Of a DNA stretch of 63,148 bases, positions 8,388 through 17,357 are shown piece by piece; positions within the stretch are counted from its first letter, which is position 1; the number at the start of each line of letters is the position of its first letter. Origin of the DNA: Candidatus Poseidoniaceae archaeon (lineage in GTDB: Archaea; Thermoplasmatota; Poseidoniia; Poseidoniales; Poseidoniaceae); contig CAXRAL010000015.1 of NCBI GenBank assembly GCA_964228815.1, positions 1-63,148 of the forward strand, in the 5' to 3' direction. The position numbers were made by a program, and so were the translations under genes. A model generated the notes under the pieces. It was not told where the DNA came from. It did not search any database and worked only from the letters and a program-made list of their open reading frames with translations.

Positions 8388-11300
8388 ATGACTTCTCGAG
8401 CCAACCTCGGCCGACCTCCCCGAGCCACCGCCTTGGTCCTGTGTTGGTTGATGCTCCTTGCCGTTCTCCCTCTGGCTTCAGGCGCTGATGCTGATGGCGA
8501 CGGCTACGATGACAGCGTGGACGATTGCCCGTACGCTTACGGAACCTCCACCGTTGACCTCACCGGTTGCCCGGATGCTGATGGAGACGGGACCTCCAAC
8601 CTCAACGATGGCTGGTCATCCAACAACCCCAACTTCGCTCAAGATTTCTATGTCAGTGGGACCAGCGTTTACTCCGTTGACCACAACGCCGACGGTAGCC
8701 TGGTCGCCGCCGCCATCGGCGACCGTATTCGCGTGTTCTACACCGCCACGTTCACCATCGCCGTGACCAGTCCCGATTTGGTGAACGGCAACGGCGCCTA
8801 CGTAACCGGCCTTGACTGGAGTCCAGACGACCAGTACATCGCAGCCTCCCTCTCCGACGACACCGCCGTGGTCTTGTGGGCCAGCAACCTCACGGTCATC
8901 CATGACGACATCACGCACAGCGGCTCATCCCGCACCTTCTCTGATGTGGGCTTCTTGGCCAACAGCACGAGTTTCGCCGTGGTGGATGAGGACTCGGGCG
9001 GTTGGGGTGGTAGCTGCAGCGGCTGCGCCATCATGCTCGTCAGTGTCGAGACCGGTCAAATTTGGCGTGAAGTCAAGCCCGGTGGCAACAACGGTGAGTA
9101 TTCCTCGGTGGCGTTCTCTCCCGACGGTTCCCGTATGGCCGTGGGCGGCGAAGGCACGGCCTACCTCGTTGAGACGTCCGGTTGGACCACCGTGCGCGCC
9201 ATGAACCCTGGTGCGGGCAGCGACGTCCACAGCATCGACATCTCGCCGGACGGCAACACCATCGCCATGTGCACCGGCTACGACAACGGCGCCAGCCGAT
9301 TGCGCGTGTTCAACACCTCGTCGGGGGCCTCCATTCTCAATCAGCAAGCGACCAGCTCGTGCTACGGTGTTGACATTTCGCCGGACGGCACGCAGGTGGC
9401 GTACACCATCGGCTACTACAGCACCAACGGCGGGTCTGTCTTGGTGTACGACATCGACACGTCCTTGTTGGTCGATACCATCCAACTCGCCCGAGGCAGC
9501 AGCACCTGTAACCAAAGCGGTAACGGCAACCCTTGCGGCAACGTCAACAGCGCCTCGTGGCACCCCGATGGTGTTCATATCACGGCTGGTGTGAGCCGAA
9601 ACTACAACGGACTGTACTTCCTGTTTGCCGACCTTGATAGCGACAACGACGGTTACAATTCCACGGACCAGGGCGACGGTGTCGTGGATGCCTTCCCCGA
9701 GGACGGAACGCAGTGGAACGACACGGATGGCGACGGCTACGGCGACAACCCCGCCCCAGCCAACGAACCCGACGAGTGCATCACCACCCCTGGGACCTCA
9801 ACACAGGACCGCTTCGGTTGCCCCGACACCGACGGTGACGGTTGGTCCGATGCGGGCGATTGGGCTCCGCTCGACCCTCTGCAGTGGGCCGACGCCGATG
9901 AGGACGGGTACGGGGATAACTATCGCTTTGACCTCAACGAATACCAACTCCACGTGAACCAGTCCGGTGATGCCTTCCCCAACGACCCGACTCAATGGAA
10001 CGACACCGACGGGGACGGCTACGGTGACAACTACGAGAACGCCTCGTGGGATTCCTACCGCCCCGCAGAATGGCCAGGCGTCTTGCTTCCGGCCGCCAAC
10101 ACGCCCGACGCCTTCCCGCTCGACCGCACGCAACACATGGATTCCGATGGCGATTGGATCGGCGACAACCCGAACAGCGACCGCGCCGACGCCTGTCCAA
10201 ACCTCTACGGTGATTCACAGTACGACCGCCTTGGTTGCCCCGACACCGACGGTGACGGTTACTCCGACCCGACGGCAGGCTGGCCGGCCACCACCGACTG
10301 CTACGGCGCCGATGCCTTCCCCGCCGACCCAACGCAATGGTGCGATGAAGACAACGACGGCTTCGGCAGCAACCCCGATGGCAACAATCCTGATGACTGT
10401 CCCAACAACGCCGGCTCGTCCACCATTGACCGCGTGGGTTGCGTGGACCGAGACGGCGACGGCTATTCCAACGCCGGCGACCCCTTCCCTGACGACCCCA
10501 CGCAGTGGTCCGACCGAGACGGTGACAACCGAGGCGACAACGCCTCGGGTAACAACCCCGACGCCTTCCCTGACGACACCAGTCAGTGGAAGGACAGCGA
10601 CGGCGATGGCTACGGCGACAACCCTGGTGGCAACAACGGGGATGCCTTCCCTTCCGACTCGACGCAGTGGAGCGATGAAGACGGCGACGGCTATGGCGAC
10701 AACACCGACGGAAACGATGGCGATGTGTGTCCGCTGGACTACGGTGAGTCGCAGGCTGAACTCAGCCGAGGGTGCCCCGATTCCGATCTCGATGGCGTGA
10801 CCGATCCGCTGGACGCCTTCCCCGACGACCCCTTCCAGTGGGCTGACACCGACGGTGACGGTTACGGTGACAACACCAACGTTCCCAGCGGTGACGATTG
10901 CATTGACGTGTTCGGGAAATCCTTCGAAGAAGGCCGCTTGGGTTGCCCCGACGCTGACCTTGACGGCTACGCCGATGTCGACGATGTGTTCCCCACCGAC
11001 CAAGAGCAGTGGGCTGACTTTGACGGCGACGGCTACGGTGACAACTACTACTGGGAGAACAGCACGGTGGCTGACGAAGAAAACCCAGGCATGTTCCTGA
11101 CGTTGCGAGAACAACGTGGCGACGCCTTCCCGCAAATCGCCAGCCAGTGGTCGGACATGGACGGCGACGGTTGGGGCGACAACCAGAGCAGTTCCAACCG
11201 CGTGGACAACTTCCCTCTTCGTGCCAGCCAGTGGCTGGACTTCGACGGGGACGGCTACGGTGACAACGCCACCGGCTACCAGTTCGATGCGTGCTACAAG

Positions 11301-11834
11301 GTGCCAGGAACGTCCACCACCGGAGACTACGAGGAATACTTCGGCTGTCCTGATTCAGACGGTGACGGCACAGCCGACGAATACGATCCCTGCCCGTGGG
11401 ATCCTGAGGTGTCTCAGGGCTCCCGTACCACGGCCGTGTGCGGCATCACCGAGGACCCAAGCCTTGCATCCAACGACGATGGAGAAGCCGGGTCCCTCCT
11501 GAGTGGGAACGGTGGAACGCTCCAAATCATGGGTGGGATCATCATCTTCCTGCTCGCCCTGATCGTCGTCGCTCAAGTGGCCAAGACCGCCGGTCGAAGG
11601 AAAGCCGTTTCGAACAAGCGCGAGGACCAACTCGCTCAAGCCTCCGTCGCAGAGGAAGAGGAACGCCGCCAAGCCTGGATTCAACATTACATCGCTGAAG
11701 GAAACTATGCAGAAGCACGTGCGCTGGGTTGGGAGGGAACCGAAGGGTTGCCCGAATGGAAGCAATACGAAATGCAGCAGCAGGCGGCTCAAGAAGCAGC
11801 CATTCCTACCATGATGGACCTCGAAAACCTCTGA
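8388..11834 (+). CDS. Giant acidic surface protein: signal peptide, WD40-like beta-propeller, array of Asp-rich Ca-binding (TSP3-like) repeats, C-terminal TM anchor and cytoplasmic tail
   Basis: Signal peptide ALVLCWLMLLAVLPLASGADA. Propeller-like repeats (FSPDGSRMAVGG, DISPDGNTIAMC, DISPDGTQVAYT, WHPDGVHITAG). About 12 copies of FPxDxTQWxDxDGDGYGDN. TM helix IMGGIIIFLLALIVVAQVA followed by a charged tail. Confidence 0.8.
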   Translation: MTSRANLGRPPRATALVLCWLMLLAVLPLASGADADGDGYDDSVDDCPYAYGTSTVDLTGCPDADGDGTSNLNDGWSSNNPNFAQDFYVSGTSVYSVDHNADGSLVAAAIGDRIRVFYTATFTIAVTSPDLVNGNGAYVTGLDWSPDDQYIAASLSDDTAVVLWASNLTVIHDDITHSGSSRTFSDVGFLANSTSFAVVDEDSGGWGGSCSGCAIMLVSVETGQIWREVKPGGNNGEYSSVAFSPDGSRMAVGGEGTAYLVETSGWTTVRAMNPGAGSDVHSIDISPDGNTIAMCTGYDNGASRLRVFNTSSGASILNQQATSSCYGVDISPDGTQVAYTIGYYSTNGGSVLVYDIDTSLLVDTIQLARGSSTCNQSGNGNPCGNVNSASWHPDGVHITAGVSRNYNGLYFLFADLDSDNDGYNSTDQGDGVVDAFPEDGTQWNDTDGDGYGDNPAPANEPDECITTPGTSTQDRFGCPDTDGDGWSDAGDWAPLDPLQWADADEDGYGDNYRFDLNEYQLHVNQSGDAFPNDPTQWNDTDGDGYGDNYENASWDSYRPAEWPGVLLPAANTPDAFPLDRTQHMDSDGDWIGDNPNSDRADACPNLYGDSQYDRLGCPDTDGDGYSDPTAGWPATTDCYGADAFPADPTQWCDEDNDGFGSNPDGNNPDDCPNNAGSSTIDRVGCVDRDGDGYSNAGDPFPDDPTQWSDRDGDNRGDNASGNNPDAFPDDTSQWKDSDGDGYGDNPGGNNGDAFPSDSTQWSDEDGDGYGDNTDGNDGDVCPLDYGESQAELSRGCPDSDLDGVTDPLDAFPDDPFQWADTDGDGYGDNTNVPSGDDCIDVFGKSFEEGRLGCPDADLDGYADVDDVFPTDQEQWADFDGDGYGDNYYWENSTVADEENPGMFLTLREQRGDAFPQIASQWSDMDGDGWGDNQSSSNRVDNFPLRASQWLDFDGDGYGDNATGYQFDACYKVPGTSTTGDYEEYFGCPDSDGDGTADEYDPCPWDPEVSQGSRTTAVCGITEDPSLASNDDGEAGSLLSGNGGTLQIMGGIIIFLLALIVVAQVAKTAGRRKAVSNKREDQLAQASVAEEEERRQAWIQHYIAEGNYAEARALGWEGTEGLPEWKQYEMQQQAAQEAAIPTMMDLENL
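9630..11405 (+). repeat. In-frame coding tandem repeat array (Asp/Gly-rich Ca-binding-type repeats, period about 30-45 aa)
   Basis: Recurrent GAC/GGC-rich units encoding DAFPxDxTQWxDxDGDGYGDN, alternating with CPDTDGDGYSD-type units. The composition generates long spurious ORFs in other frames and on the opposite strand. Confidence 0.75.
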
Positions 11835-11892
11835 CCCATCACACATGATTTGCACCGCTGACCTTTCAAAGGGGAACGGGCCATGTTTTCAC

Positions 11893-14445
11893 ATGGGCGA
11901 GAAGCCGACAGGCCGATTGTTGATGTTGGCGGGGCTCTTGGTGACCTCGTTGTTCATCGGCATGGTGTCGGCAGACGAAGGCGACGTGGTCTTGACGGCC
12001 AGTGTCCTCAACGCGCCTGACCAGCCCTGGTTTGAACCCGGCCAACCCCTTGTTCTTGAGCCCCGATTGGTCAACAACGGACCTGAAGTCTCGCTGCTGA
12101 TGAACCCTGCCTGTCCGGTGGTGTTGAACGTGTACAACGCCTCCAACGTCATGCTGGTCAACGGTTCCTCAGACTGTCCCCAACGCGAGCAAGGGCTTGA
12201 TCTGTTTGCTGGCGAAGAACTCGCTCTCGAGGTCGTAACATGGTCCATGAAAGATGAAACGGGGGCGTGGCTTGAGAGCGGCTCCTACACCGTGGAACTT
12301 CTTCATTCAGCTGGAGCCTCGTTCATCACCGAAGCAACCATCCAGACGCCGGTCTCCTTCCCTGAGGACCTGACCTTTGCCGTTCAAACCACCCAGCGAA
12401 CGACGGACGGACAGGCCGTTCATCTGGTGAGTTTGTACAACCCCACCGCTCAGAGCGTTGACCTTGACGAGACAGCGACCTGCCGACTGGAAATTGCGGT
12501 GGATGCCCAGCACCGTCTCGGGGCACCCTGCACCGGTGGCGTGAGCACGCTGATGCCCGGCGAGGTGATGATGGTGGAGCAGGTTTCAGCCAGCCCATCG
12601 GCTGTGGTCACCATCTCAACGCCGGGTGATTTCTTCGTGTTCAACAGCGGAGAAGGTGAGCCGACCGGCGCGACACCGTCCGAACTTCAAATGGAGTTGG
12701 CGTTGAGCGGCAACGAATTGCCCGCCTTCAGCCCAGGCGAAGTGCTGGTCAGCGAAGTGCTGTTGCGCTCCTCCTCCACGGCCTCCGTTCAAGTGGAGTT
12801 CACCGACGCCTGCAAAGCCGAGATGTGGGTGGTGGACGATCTTGGAACCCTCGTCTACGACAGCCGAACGGGGAAGACCTGCACGGCGATTGATCTGGAA
12901 GTCACGGTCGAACCAGAGACTCCTGAACGCTTGACGTTGCCGCAGTGGAATTTCTACGATGCTGCCGGGTGCATGGTTGAACCCGGTTCCTACACGGTTG
13001 TAGCTGAAGTGCCCGAGCACGGGTTGATCACCAGCAAGACCATTGAATTCTTCTCCGTGGAAGCCAATCCGTGCGCTGCCTCCGACGCTGCTCAACTTGA
13101 GGCGTCGCTGGCTTGGCAGGACGACCAAACACTCCGTCTCAACACCGAGGCCTCGACCGACCAAGCCACCTACCTCCGCATGGCCCAACCGTGCACGTTT
13201 GAAGTGGCCTTCCTCAACGAAGGCGGTGATGTTGTTCACGTCTTCCAGACCCTCTGCGACGCGTACGACGGTCGCAAAGTCCTCTTGCCCGAGGCCTCTC
13301 AGCCGCTGGAGTTTGATGCGATTGACATCAGCATGATTCAAGACGGCACCCCGCTTCTTCCCGATGGCTACTACACCCTGAGCCTCACGATGCTGTCCAC
13401 TTCACCGTCCACGATCTCCCTTCCGTTTGCCTGGCCGGCCGACTACGGTGATGAAGACGTTGAACCGACGATCGTTGAAACGGTTGAGCCGTTTGAATTG
13501 ACGGGCACATGGACCGGCCTTCTCACCGACCAAGGCACGTGTTTCGTCATGGACGCCGACGGTGAAACCTTCCTGCTGTCCAACGCACGCACCCTGCCAA
13601 ACTGGCAGCCCAGCGCTCAAAACCAAGGCGTTTACGTCGTGGTCGAGACCTCATCCTCTCCTGCTTGCCGCGACTACCTTGCACCGTCGGTTGAAGTGGT
13701 TGAGGTTCGCATGGAGCAACCCATCGCCAGCGAAGAAGCCACCCCGGTCGTGGTCCTGGACGAACCCACCACCACGGTCGTGGAATCCAACGCTGTCGTC
13801 ACTGCGGTGAGCGTGGTGGTCACCGCATCGGTTCTCTCGATGTTCGTCATGGTCGCCGCCACCAACGAAGGCCTCCGTCTGCCGGCCACCGCTGCTGGCC
13901 TGTGGTTCCTCGGGCTCATCGGCAAGACGCACGAAACCACGGACGGTCGCTATCAGCGCGGCCGACTGATGGGCTACCTGACAGCCAACCCCGGATGTCA
14001 CTTCAGAGCCCTCATGAGTGCTCTTGACATGAGCAACGGGCAAATTACGCACCACCTTCGCATCCTCGAGGCCGAGGAGCACGTGTGGCGAAAGAACGAC
14101 GGTCGCCTTGTCCGCTTCTATCCCCTGACCAACAAACTTCACCCCAACACCAGCGAGGAAGACCTCCCTGTCCCACCGCTCTCTCCCGACCCGAATAGCC
14201 TTCAGGGCAAGATCCTCAATCTGCTCGACCAAGATGGCGACATGGGCCAATTCCCTACGCAGGCCGAGCTAGCCAAGCGCTTGGAAAAGAGTCAGCAACT
14301 GATTTCCCACCACCTGCGGACGCTCCAGAAATACGGGCTGGTCGAGCGACGTAAGATGGGTGTCAAGAATCGATACAAACTCACCCGAGAAGCGGTGTTC
14401 CTGTTGGAGACCAGCGATGATTTCGCTCACGACGACCTCCTCTGA
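11893..14445 (+). CDS. Membrane-tethered protein with four-repeat Cys-paired beta-sandwich ectodomain and two C-terminal ArsR/MarR-like winged-helix domains
   Basis: Start trimmed to ATG 11893 (MGEKPTGRLLMLAGLLVTSLFIGMVSA is a signal or anchor). About 600 aa of repeats ending in GSYTVELL, GSYTVVAEV and DGYYTLSLTM. Hydrophobic VVTAVSVVVTASVLSMFVMVAA. wHTH1 is FRALMSALDMSNGQITHHLRILEAEEHVWRK and wHTH2 is QAELAKRLEKSQQLISHHLRTLQKYGLVERR. Confidence 0.7.
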   Translation: MGEKPTGRLLMLAGLLVTSLFIGMVSADEGDVVLTASVLNAPDQPWFEPGQPLVLEPRLVNNGPEVSLLMNPACPVVLNVYNASNVMLVNGSSDCPQREQGLDLFAGEELALEVVTWSMKDETGAWLESGSYTVELLHSAGASFITEATIQTPVSFPEDLTFAVQTTQRTTDGQAVHLVSLYNPTAQSVDLDETATCRLEIAVDAQHRLGAPCTGGVSTLMPGEVMMVEQVSASPSAVVTISTPGDFFVFNSGEGEPTGATPSELQMELALSGNELPAFSPGEVLVSEVLLRSSSTASVQVEFTDACKAEMWVVDDLGTLVYDSRTGKTCTAIDLEVTVEPETPERLTLPQWNFYDAAGCMVEPGSYTVVAEVPEHGLITSKTIEFFSVEANPCAASDAAQLEASLAWQDDQTLRLNTEASTDQATYLRMAQPCTFEVAFLNEGGDVVHVFQTLCDAYDGRKVLLPEASQPLEFDAIDISMIQDGTPLLPDGYYTLSLTMLSTSPSTISLPFAWPADYGDEDVEPTIVETVEPFELTGTWTGLLTDQGTCFVMDADGETFLLSNARTLPNWQPSAQNQGVYVVVETSSSPACRDYLAPSVEVVEVRMEQPIASEEATPVVVLDEPTTTVVESNAVVTAVSVVVTASVLSMFVMVAATNEGLRLPATAAGLWFLGLIGKTHETTDGRYQRGRLMGYLTANPGCHFRALMSALDMSNGQITHHLRILEAEEHVWRKNDGRLVRFYPLTNKLHPNTSEEDLPVPPLSPDPNSLQGKILNLLDQDGDMGQFPTQAELAKRLEKSQQLISHHLRTLQKYGLVERRKMGVKNRYKLTREAVFLLETSDDFAHDDLL

Positions 14446-14531
14446 GGTTGGTGCTCCCGGGCAGAACCGAGGCGTGGATTTCATAGCGTGTCGTTGAGTG
14501 GCCACGGTTGTCCAGTGGACGGTGATGAACC

Positions 14532-17357
14532 ATGTCAGCCGAGGCAGAACCCGTGGACGAAGTTGGGTGGCAGCAACGATGGGACGAAGCAGGCTTGTTT
14601 CACGCTGACATTCACAGCGATCGTCCCAAATTCTACTGCCTTGAGATGTACCCTTACCCGTCGGGAAAAATGCACATGGGGCACGTTCGAAATTATTCCA
14701 TCGGCGACGCCGTGGCCCGCTTCAAGCGGCTGATGGGCTTTGATGTGCTCTACCCCATGGGCTTCGATTCCTTCGGGATGCCTGCAGAAAACGCTGCGAT
14801 TTCCGAGGGTGGCCATCCACACGATATCACCGAACGGAACATGGCGTCCATTACGGAACAAATCAAGCGGATGGGCTTCTCGTACGACTGGCGACGCACG
14901 CTCAAGAGCCACGACCCTCGGTATTACAAGTGGAACCAGTGGTTCTTCACCAAGTTCATGGAGAACGGTCTGGCGACACGCGAGTTTTCTCCCGTCAATT
15001 GGTGTACGTCGTGCAGCACGGTGCTTGCGAACGAGCAGGTGAAGGCCGGTCGATGCTGGCGTTGCAACGGGCCGGTCACCCAGAAGGAGATGAACCAGTG
15101 GTTCCTTGACCTCCCATCCTACGGCCAAGAACTCGAGGATGGCCTCGACACCATCGGTTTCCCCGAGCACGTCAAATCGCTCCAGCGAGATTGGCTGGGT
15201 CGTTCCGAGGGCGCGAACATTCGTTTCGGTATCGTGGATGACGAGCGTGATATCGAAGTCTTCACCACCCGTCCAGATACGTTGTTCGGCTCCACTTTTG
15301 TCACCCTCGCTCCCGAACACCCGCTGGCTGAATCCTTGGTCGCAGGAACCGAGTACGAAGCAGCTTGGAAAGCCCTCTACGACGAAGTGGCCTCGATGGC
15401 GGAGTTTGACCGGATCAAGAACATGAACAAAAAGAAAGGTGTGTTTTCCGGACGCTACGCCATTCATCCGTTGACCGGTGAGCACGTTCCCATTTGGATC
15501 GGCAATTTCGTCATCGCTACCTACGGAACAGGTGCCGTGATGGCCGTGCCCGCCCACGACGAGCGAGACCACGATTTCGCCAAGCAATACGACATCCCCA
15601 TCAAGCGCGTGCTGGTGATGAAGGAAGGCGGCGACAGCGACGCCCCCATGGAGAAGGCCGAAGTCGACCTTGGATGGATGGTCAACAGTCCGCTTGAGGG
15701 TTTTGACGGCCTCTACGGGTCGGAAGCAAAGCAAGCCGTGTGCGACGCCTTGGAGAAGGCGGGACGAGGGTCCCAGACCATCAACTGGAAAATTCGACCG
15801 TGGCTCATCTCCAGGCAGCGATACTGGGGGACCCCCATTCCCGTGATTCATTGTGGGGAATGTGGCCCTGTCCCCGTTCCCGAGCAGGACCTTCCGGTTG
15901 AACTGCCTCGCGACGTGGTCTTCGGCCAGGGCAACCCGCTGGCCACCTCCGAAGCCTTCCTGAACGTGGATTGTCCACGCTGCGGTGGACCAGCTGAACG
16001 AGAAACGGATACGATGGACACGTTCATTGATTCATCGTGGTATTTCCTACGCTACACCGACGCCTTGAACGATGAGGAATCCTTTGCCAAGGCGGTGGCC
16101 AACCATTGGATGCACGTCGACTTTTACTGCGGTGGCATTGAACACGCTCAGATGCACCTCATCTACGCCCGTTTCATGACCAAGGCGCTCCGCGACCTCG
16201 GCTTGGTCGACATCGACGAGCCGTTCAACGAACTGCTCTGCCAGGGGATGGTCAACAAAACCGCCCCCTTCTGCCAGCCGTGCGGTGTCACCTTGTCCAC
16301 CTCCCATGAGGGTCAACCTTGCCCCCACTGCGGGAGTGAACTCGGTTCTCGGTCTGCGAAGATGAGCAAGTCGCTGGGCAACACCGTCTCACCCGAGGAC
16401 ATGATCGCCCGCTACGGCGCCGATACCGTTCGCTTGTTCATTCTCTTTGCAGCAAACCCGACGGCCGGCATGGATTGGTCGGACGCAGCGCTTGACGCCA
16501 ACCACCGTGTGATGGTGCAAATGCGAGGCATGCCGGAGCAACTGTTGGGGTGGTCCGAAGCGTCCTCGCCCATGGACGGCTGGCTGGAGGCCCGTTTCGC
16601 TCAGCGTGTGCATGAATTCTCTGAAGCCATGGAAACGTACGATTTGCGTCGTGCCGTGGAGATATCCCACTATGAGATCATCAAAGACATCAACTGGTAC
16701 ACCCGCAGGGGCGGTCAGAATGTGGACGTCGCACGACGCTGGCTCCCATCGTGGGCCCAGATGGTCTCGGTGTCAACGCCTCACCTCGCCGAAGAATGGT
16801 GGGCTGCATTGGACGGCACCGACGGTCTCGTCGCAGGCAGCACGATGACCGTGACTGCCCCGTTGTCCGAAGCACAGCAAACCCTGCTCGACGGTGAGCA
16901 GTACATCCGAGATGTTCTGGAGCAGGCTCGAAAGGTTCGCGTGGTGGCCGAGCGCCACTTGGGCCAGCCAGCGACCGAAGCTACCTTCGTGGTCTCGCCT
17001 TCGTGGAAGCGAAGCATGGCTCAGGCAGCGCTGGCGTTCATCCAAGATGGTGGGCATCCAAAACAGTTCATTCCCGTTCTCCAAGAACTCCCGTTGGCGC
17101 AAGGTGAGCGGAAAGGTGAGATGATGGGCTTCTGGGGCAAGAAAATGCTGCCCCAGGTGTTCAAGTGGGACGATGCCTCGAAGGCCGTGGTCGCATCTTC
17201 CCTCGATGAGACGGCGGTGCTCGCTGCTGCTCAGGCCTTTGTTGCAGAGGAACTTCAACTCAGTACGGTCAACGTGGTGCTCGGTGAAAGCGAGGATGAC
17301 GGCACCGGACGAGCCGGTTCGGCCATGCCGCTCTCTCCGGCGGTTGTCTACGCCTGA
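14532..17357 (+). CDS. leuS: Leucine--tRNA ligase (bacterial-type catalytic/CP1 core with archaeal-like C-terminus)
   Basis: YCLEMYPYPSGKMHMGHVRNYSIGD (HIGH region), GFDSFGMPAENAAI, WCTSCSTVLANEQV...CWRC, TTRPDTLFG, GTGAVMAVPAHDERD and KMSKSLGN. 941 aa. Confidence 0.92.
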   Translation: MSAEAEPVDEVGWQQRWDEAGLFHADIHSDRPKFYCLEMYPYPSGKMHMGHVRNYSIGDAVARFKRLMGFDVLYPMGFDSFGMPAENAAISEGGHPHDITERNMASITEQIKRMGFSYDWRRTLKSHDPRYYKWNQWFFTKFMENGLATREFSPVNWCTSCSTVLANEQVKAGRCWRCNGPVTQKEMNQWFLDLPSYGQELEDGLDTIGFPEHVKSLQRDWLGRSEGANIRFGIVDDERDIEVFTTRPDTLFGSTFVTLAPEHPLAESLVAGTEYEAAWKALYDEVASMAEFDRIKNMNKKKGVFSGRYAIHPLTGEHVPIWIGNFVIATYGTGAVMAVPAHDERDHDFAKQYDIPIKRVLVMKEGGDSDAPMEKAEVDLGWMVNSPLEGFDGLYGSEAKQAVCDALEKAGRGSQTINWKIRPWLISRQRYWGTPIPVIHCGECGPVPVPEQDLPVELPRDVVFGQGNPLATSEAFLNVDCPRCGGPAERETDTMDTFIDSSWYFLRYTDALNDEESFAKAVANHWMHVDFYCGGIEHAQMHLIYARFMTKALRDLGLVDIDEPFNELLCQGMVNKTAPFCQPCGVTLSTSHEGQPCPHCGSELGSRSAKMSKSLGNTVSPEDMIARYGADTVRLFILFAANPTAGMDWSDAALDANHRVMVQMRGMPEQLLGWSEASSPMDGWLEARFAQRVHEFSEAMETYDLRRAVEISHYEIIKDINWYTRRGGQNVDVARRWLPSWAQMVSVSTPHLAEEWWAALDGTDGLVAGSTMTVTAPLSEAQQTLLDGEQYIRDVLEQARKVRVVAERHLGQPATEATFVVSPSWKRSMAQAALAFIQDGGHPKQFIPVLQELPLAQGERKGEMMGFWGKKMLPQVFKWDDASKAVVASSLDETAVLAAAQAFVAEELQLSTVNVVLGESEDDGTGRAGSAMPLSPAVVYA

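Noticed and set aside
9967-11135. Long alternative-frame and antisense ORFs (9967-10800 +, 10215-11135 -, and others) inside the adhesin gene
   Set aside because: They are by-products of the periodic GAC/GGC-rich repeat DNA. Their translations are Thr/Pro/Ala or Val/Gly homopolymer-like. The frame encoding DGDGYGDN repeats has a signal peptide and a TM anchor and is clearly the real one.
14535-15851. 438-aa ORF on the - strand
   Set aside because: It is antisense to leuS, whose HIGH and CP1 motifs are unambiguous. No recognisable domains.
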